From contig JBHIAE010000001.1 in NCBI GenBank assembly GCA_046758445.1, positions 64,001 through 128,000 of the forward strand: 64,000 nt of DNA, read 5' to 3'. The notes under the pieces are model-generated. The model was given only the letters and a program-made list of their open reading frames with translations, made no database searches and was not told where the DNA came from. Source of the DNA: Candidatus Thorarchaeota archaeon (GTDB lineage: Archaea; Asgardarchaeota; Thorarchaeia; Thorarchaeales; Thorarchaeaceae). Positions within the stretch are counted from its first letter, which is position 1. Each line of letters opens with the position of its first letter. A program made the position numbers and the translations under genes. Below are positions 62,601 through 64,000 of the stretch, piece by piece.

Positions 62601-63478
62601 TTATGCAGAGATTCGCCCTGTTCAGCCCTGATACTCTCTTGCGATTTGCTATCGGGTTTCTCTTCAGATGTTTCTGTTTTGAGTTCGGAGTGTTTCCTGC
62701 TTTCCACAGATTCTTGGTCTTCAGGGTCCAAGGCCTCAGACTCTTCGGTTTCGTTCCCCCTCTCCGATAGTTCTTGTTCCTTCTCAGTCGCAGACGCACT
62801 GCCTTCGGGCAGGCCGGGTTTCTCCGACGGCTCCGTGTCTTCTTTCTGCGATTCACTTTCAGGTTCCGCTACAGTTTCGGAACCAGCGCTCTCGTTGGCG
62901 GAACTCTGTGTGGCGTACATCTGTCCGCTACCGTCATCGAAGTACGAATGATCATCCTCTGTTCTCCTCTGCCCTGTCTCTCCATCTCCCTCCTCATCGT
63001 CCCCCTCCTCCTTCCCATCAACTGATTCACCAATGTACTCCATGACGTCTTCGACGAATTGTTCACGCCAGCGTTTCTTCATATCTTCTGGGTCCACACC
63101 TCGCTTGTCAAATTCGTCAAGGATCTTCTTCTCGAGATCGTCGTACTTCTCCTTGTCAGCAGTTTCTTCTCTCTCTCTGCGAGCCTCTTCCCTAGCTTCC
63201 TCTCTCTCTAGTTCCCTCCTTCTGTAGTCTTCATATGCCTCTCGTCTTTCCTCTTCCTCACGTTCCAGGTCCTTTACGGCATCTTTGACGGAGTCCTCGG
63301 GCTCTTCGGGATACTCTTCTCCTTCTTGCTCTTGATTCTGATGGGTTTCTTCATCTTCCCTCTCTCTCTCAATCTGGTCTATAATCTCGCGCATCTGTCG
63401 TCGAATCTCTTCTTCGTCTTGAGACTCACGCTGACCTTCTTGTCCTCGTCTGCCTCGTTCACTTCCCTCCCCCATCAT
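59645..63478 (-). CDS. 1277-aa protein: acidic low-complexity N-terminus, about 6 HTH-like repeats, double LAGLIDADG motif, C-terminal HTH
   Basis: YVIGFAVSDG and AFVQGLADGDG; repeated W..G..P HTH ends. Confidence 0.75.
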   Translation of the reverse strand: MMGEGSERGRRGQEGQRESQDEEEIRRQMREIIDQIEREREDEETHQNQEQEGEEYPEEPEDSVKDAVKDLEREEEERREAYEDYRRRELEREEAREEARREREETADKEKYDDLEKKILDEFDKRGVDPEDMKKRWREQFVEDVMEYIGESVDGKEEGDDEEGDGETGQRRTEDDHSYFDDGSGQMYATQSSANESAGSETVAEPESESQKEDTEPSEKPGLPEGSASATEKEQELSERGNETEESEALDPEDQESVESRKHSELKTETSEEKPDSKSQESIRAEQGESLHKEEYEHVKKHPESAEEKTNHDKGEEDSEATESDTESSDWPEHYSREDEDWQRYLREIFNELDEELKEAIREYLRGLVEDEEDFEKLARKHGLESMLEDEETMEEVENYLRFRKALKEQGDEETDIEELAGEFDLDQDTARDWSEGRSMPEALRRLLNREGDWLMGQLVRAHFEQDYPTSEEELEEAQNDPEIRQMVYFNEKLEEARAWIELSSMRKRGELDTIVRNGRERYRHDQIKELSLKYRIPEDEVLAWLRGERIPALVGRLAAKKTREKQLATFLPELNSKRIESYDQLESIIDRQFPGLRQNRNFSKWMKQAQIYFQVMSAFSEQDPIEDVDVSTIAKESGISANTARNWVLKGKLPTVFRYLNEVFKNQERVLNIRQQLGDVQSAEDVRRILEETGTSDSISLWPSAERQWSRLRLYFEALSFLESGMLQSDVDRKLRLKPTTTKRWVDGVLPWPVRIAAMPNSERSMIQSGKLTVNLHDFKIDGFTISSVSQLRGTISQSYSGLAKLEDIDSLIVDFGAYLDLFEAIGGRKTIRWSELRKAAEDIGVSAGKARRWVVDGGRPEICAQIERAARNRQVVAELRKKVPAGSMKGVLQLLDRIYIAPHLRSWSNYNEIEESCSKYYKFLDMYESGISQKAIAEALSLDESTVYHWTKSRLPRILRLLQGVPREEPVENWKWLPTRIDGQVFSDWVEVPETLTNVSDVLRVLRQMRMRFQDFMYVIGFAVSDGYVQITSKTSFSLRGLLSKSYTWSKQALDDVSSVFSRVKPNRILRIKRSKDEVWELFVSSPLFVWFREVVLGLNPSEKKTHVPFIGDWILASSEQSRIAFVQGLADGDGYASPVAQRAGISSISNGPFTQALLESLGVKSYLHPSGVEIVRHDSIRRAAQLPLFRNALGRTKSLSELCDMLAARPQRKRVTRQEIEIIRTLSESGLSPGQIGLHLWRTRGISRNIATIGRIVKRYRFASDGNSEAQQSS

Positions 63479-63987
63479 TCGCCCGTTTCTCCGTCAAGTG
63501 CCTTGGTAACATGATTGAACACATCCCGGTCCTTCTCGGTGTCAAGATATTCGAGCGCCAAGTCTAAGACGTATAGGTTTGAGAGTGAGCTTCCGCCACC
63601 ATGTATCTCTGAAGTCTTGCGAATCAGTTCCGTCAGTGCACCGATGTCCTCCTTGCCTAGGTTTTCGCGGAAGTATCTCTCAAACTCTCCACTCTCGACT
63701 GCAGCCCTCATCCGTTCTCTGCTTTCCCGAGGGATTCGGTGTGACCAATCGTGATTGTCCGGCACTCTTGTAGTCGTTAGAAGGTCCATTATGTCCTCAG
63801 GCAGGGGCTCTGACTCTCGAAACTCAGGGTGCTCATCGAAGACCCTACTCATGTGATTCTCGACGATGTCATCTCCTGTATCCTCCTCTGGAACCTCGCC
63901 ATGGATGAACCATCTCAGAGGGCAAATCTTCACGTTCTTGGGTTCTCCCTCGTGCTGAAGGTATATTACTGCCTCTCCTACCTGCAT
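63475..63987 (-). CDS. Hypothetical acidic protein coupled (ATGA overlap) to the LAGLIDADG protein
   Basis: 170-aa ORF with AGGAGG RBS. Confidence 0.7.
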   Translation of the reverse strand: MQVGEAVIYLQHEGEPKNVKICPLRWFIHGEVPEEDTGDDIVENHMSRVFDEHPEFRESEPLPEDIMDLLTTTRVPDNHDWSHRIPRESRERMRAAVESGEFERYFRENLGKEDIGALTELIRKTSEIHGGGSSLSNLYVLDLALEYLDTEKDRDVFNHVTKALDGETGE

Positions 63988-64000
63988 TCCTCCTATGTGG

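Overview
Chromosomal window of an Asgard archaeon, most likely Thorarchaeia. The inference rests on a eukaryote-like actin, a two-domain gelsolin, an LRR protein and archaeal-type translation genes. Bases 1-17 kb hold the distal spc-type ribosomal protein operon (rps4e to rpl15, with an Hsp20 gene inserted), secY, adk, an EMC3/TMCO1-like gene, rpl34e, cmk, rpl14e, cbf5, the RNase P RNA, tsr3, tiaS and rps13/4/11. The rest is mixed metabolic, regulatory and accessory genes, three decayed ORFs, t6A-related genes and a hut (histidine catabolism) cluster. The main finding is that the urocanate hydratase gene (hutU) is interrupted by a 32-nt hairpin folding into a bulge-helix-bulge (BHB) motif. Cutting it at the canonical splicing-endonuclease positions exactly restores the reading frame and the motif ELVTYGESGQV, so it looks like a tRNA-type intron in an Asgard mRNA. 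The same window has a tRNA-Ser(GGA) with three BHB-like introns (D-loop, anticodon loop, T-stem), consistent with a relaxed-specificity splicing endonuclease. Other notable items are a degenerate MCM-like protein, a wHTH-CARF-like plus Mini-III-like gene pair divergent from actin, and a 1277-aa acidic, HTH-repeat, LAGLIDADG protein. All family assignments come from reading motifs by eye; no searches were run.
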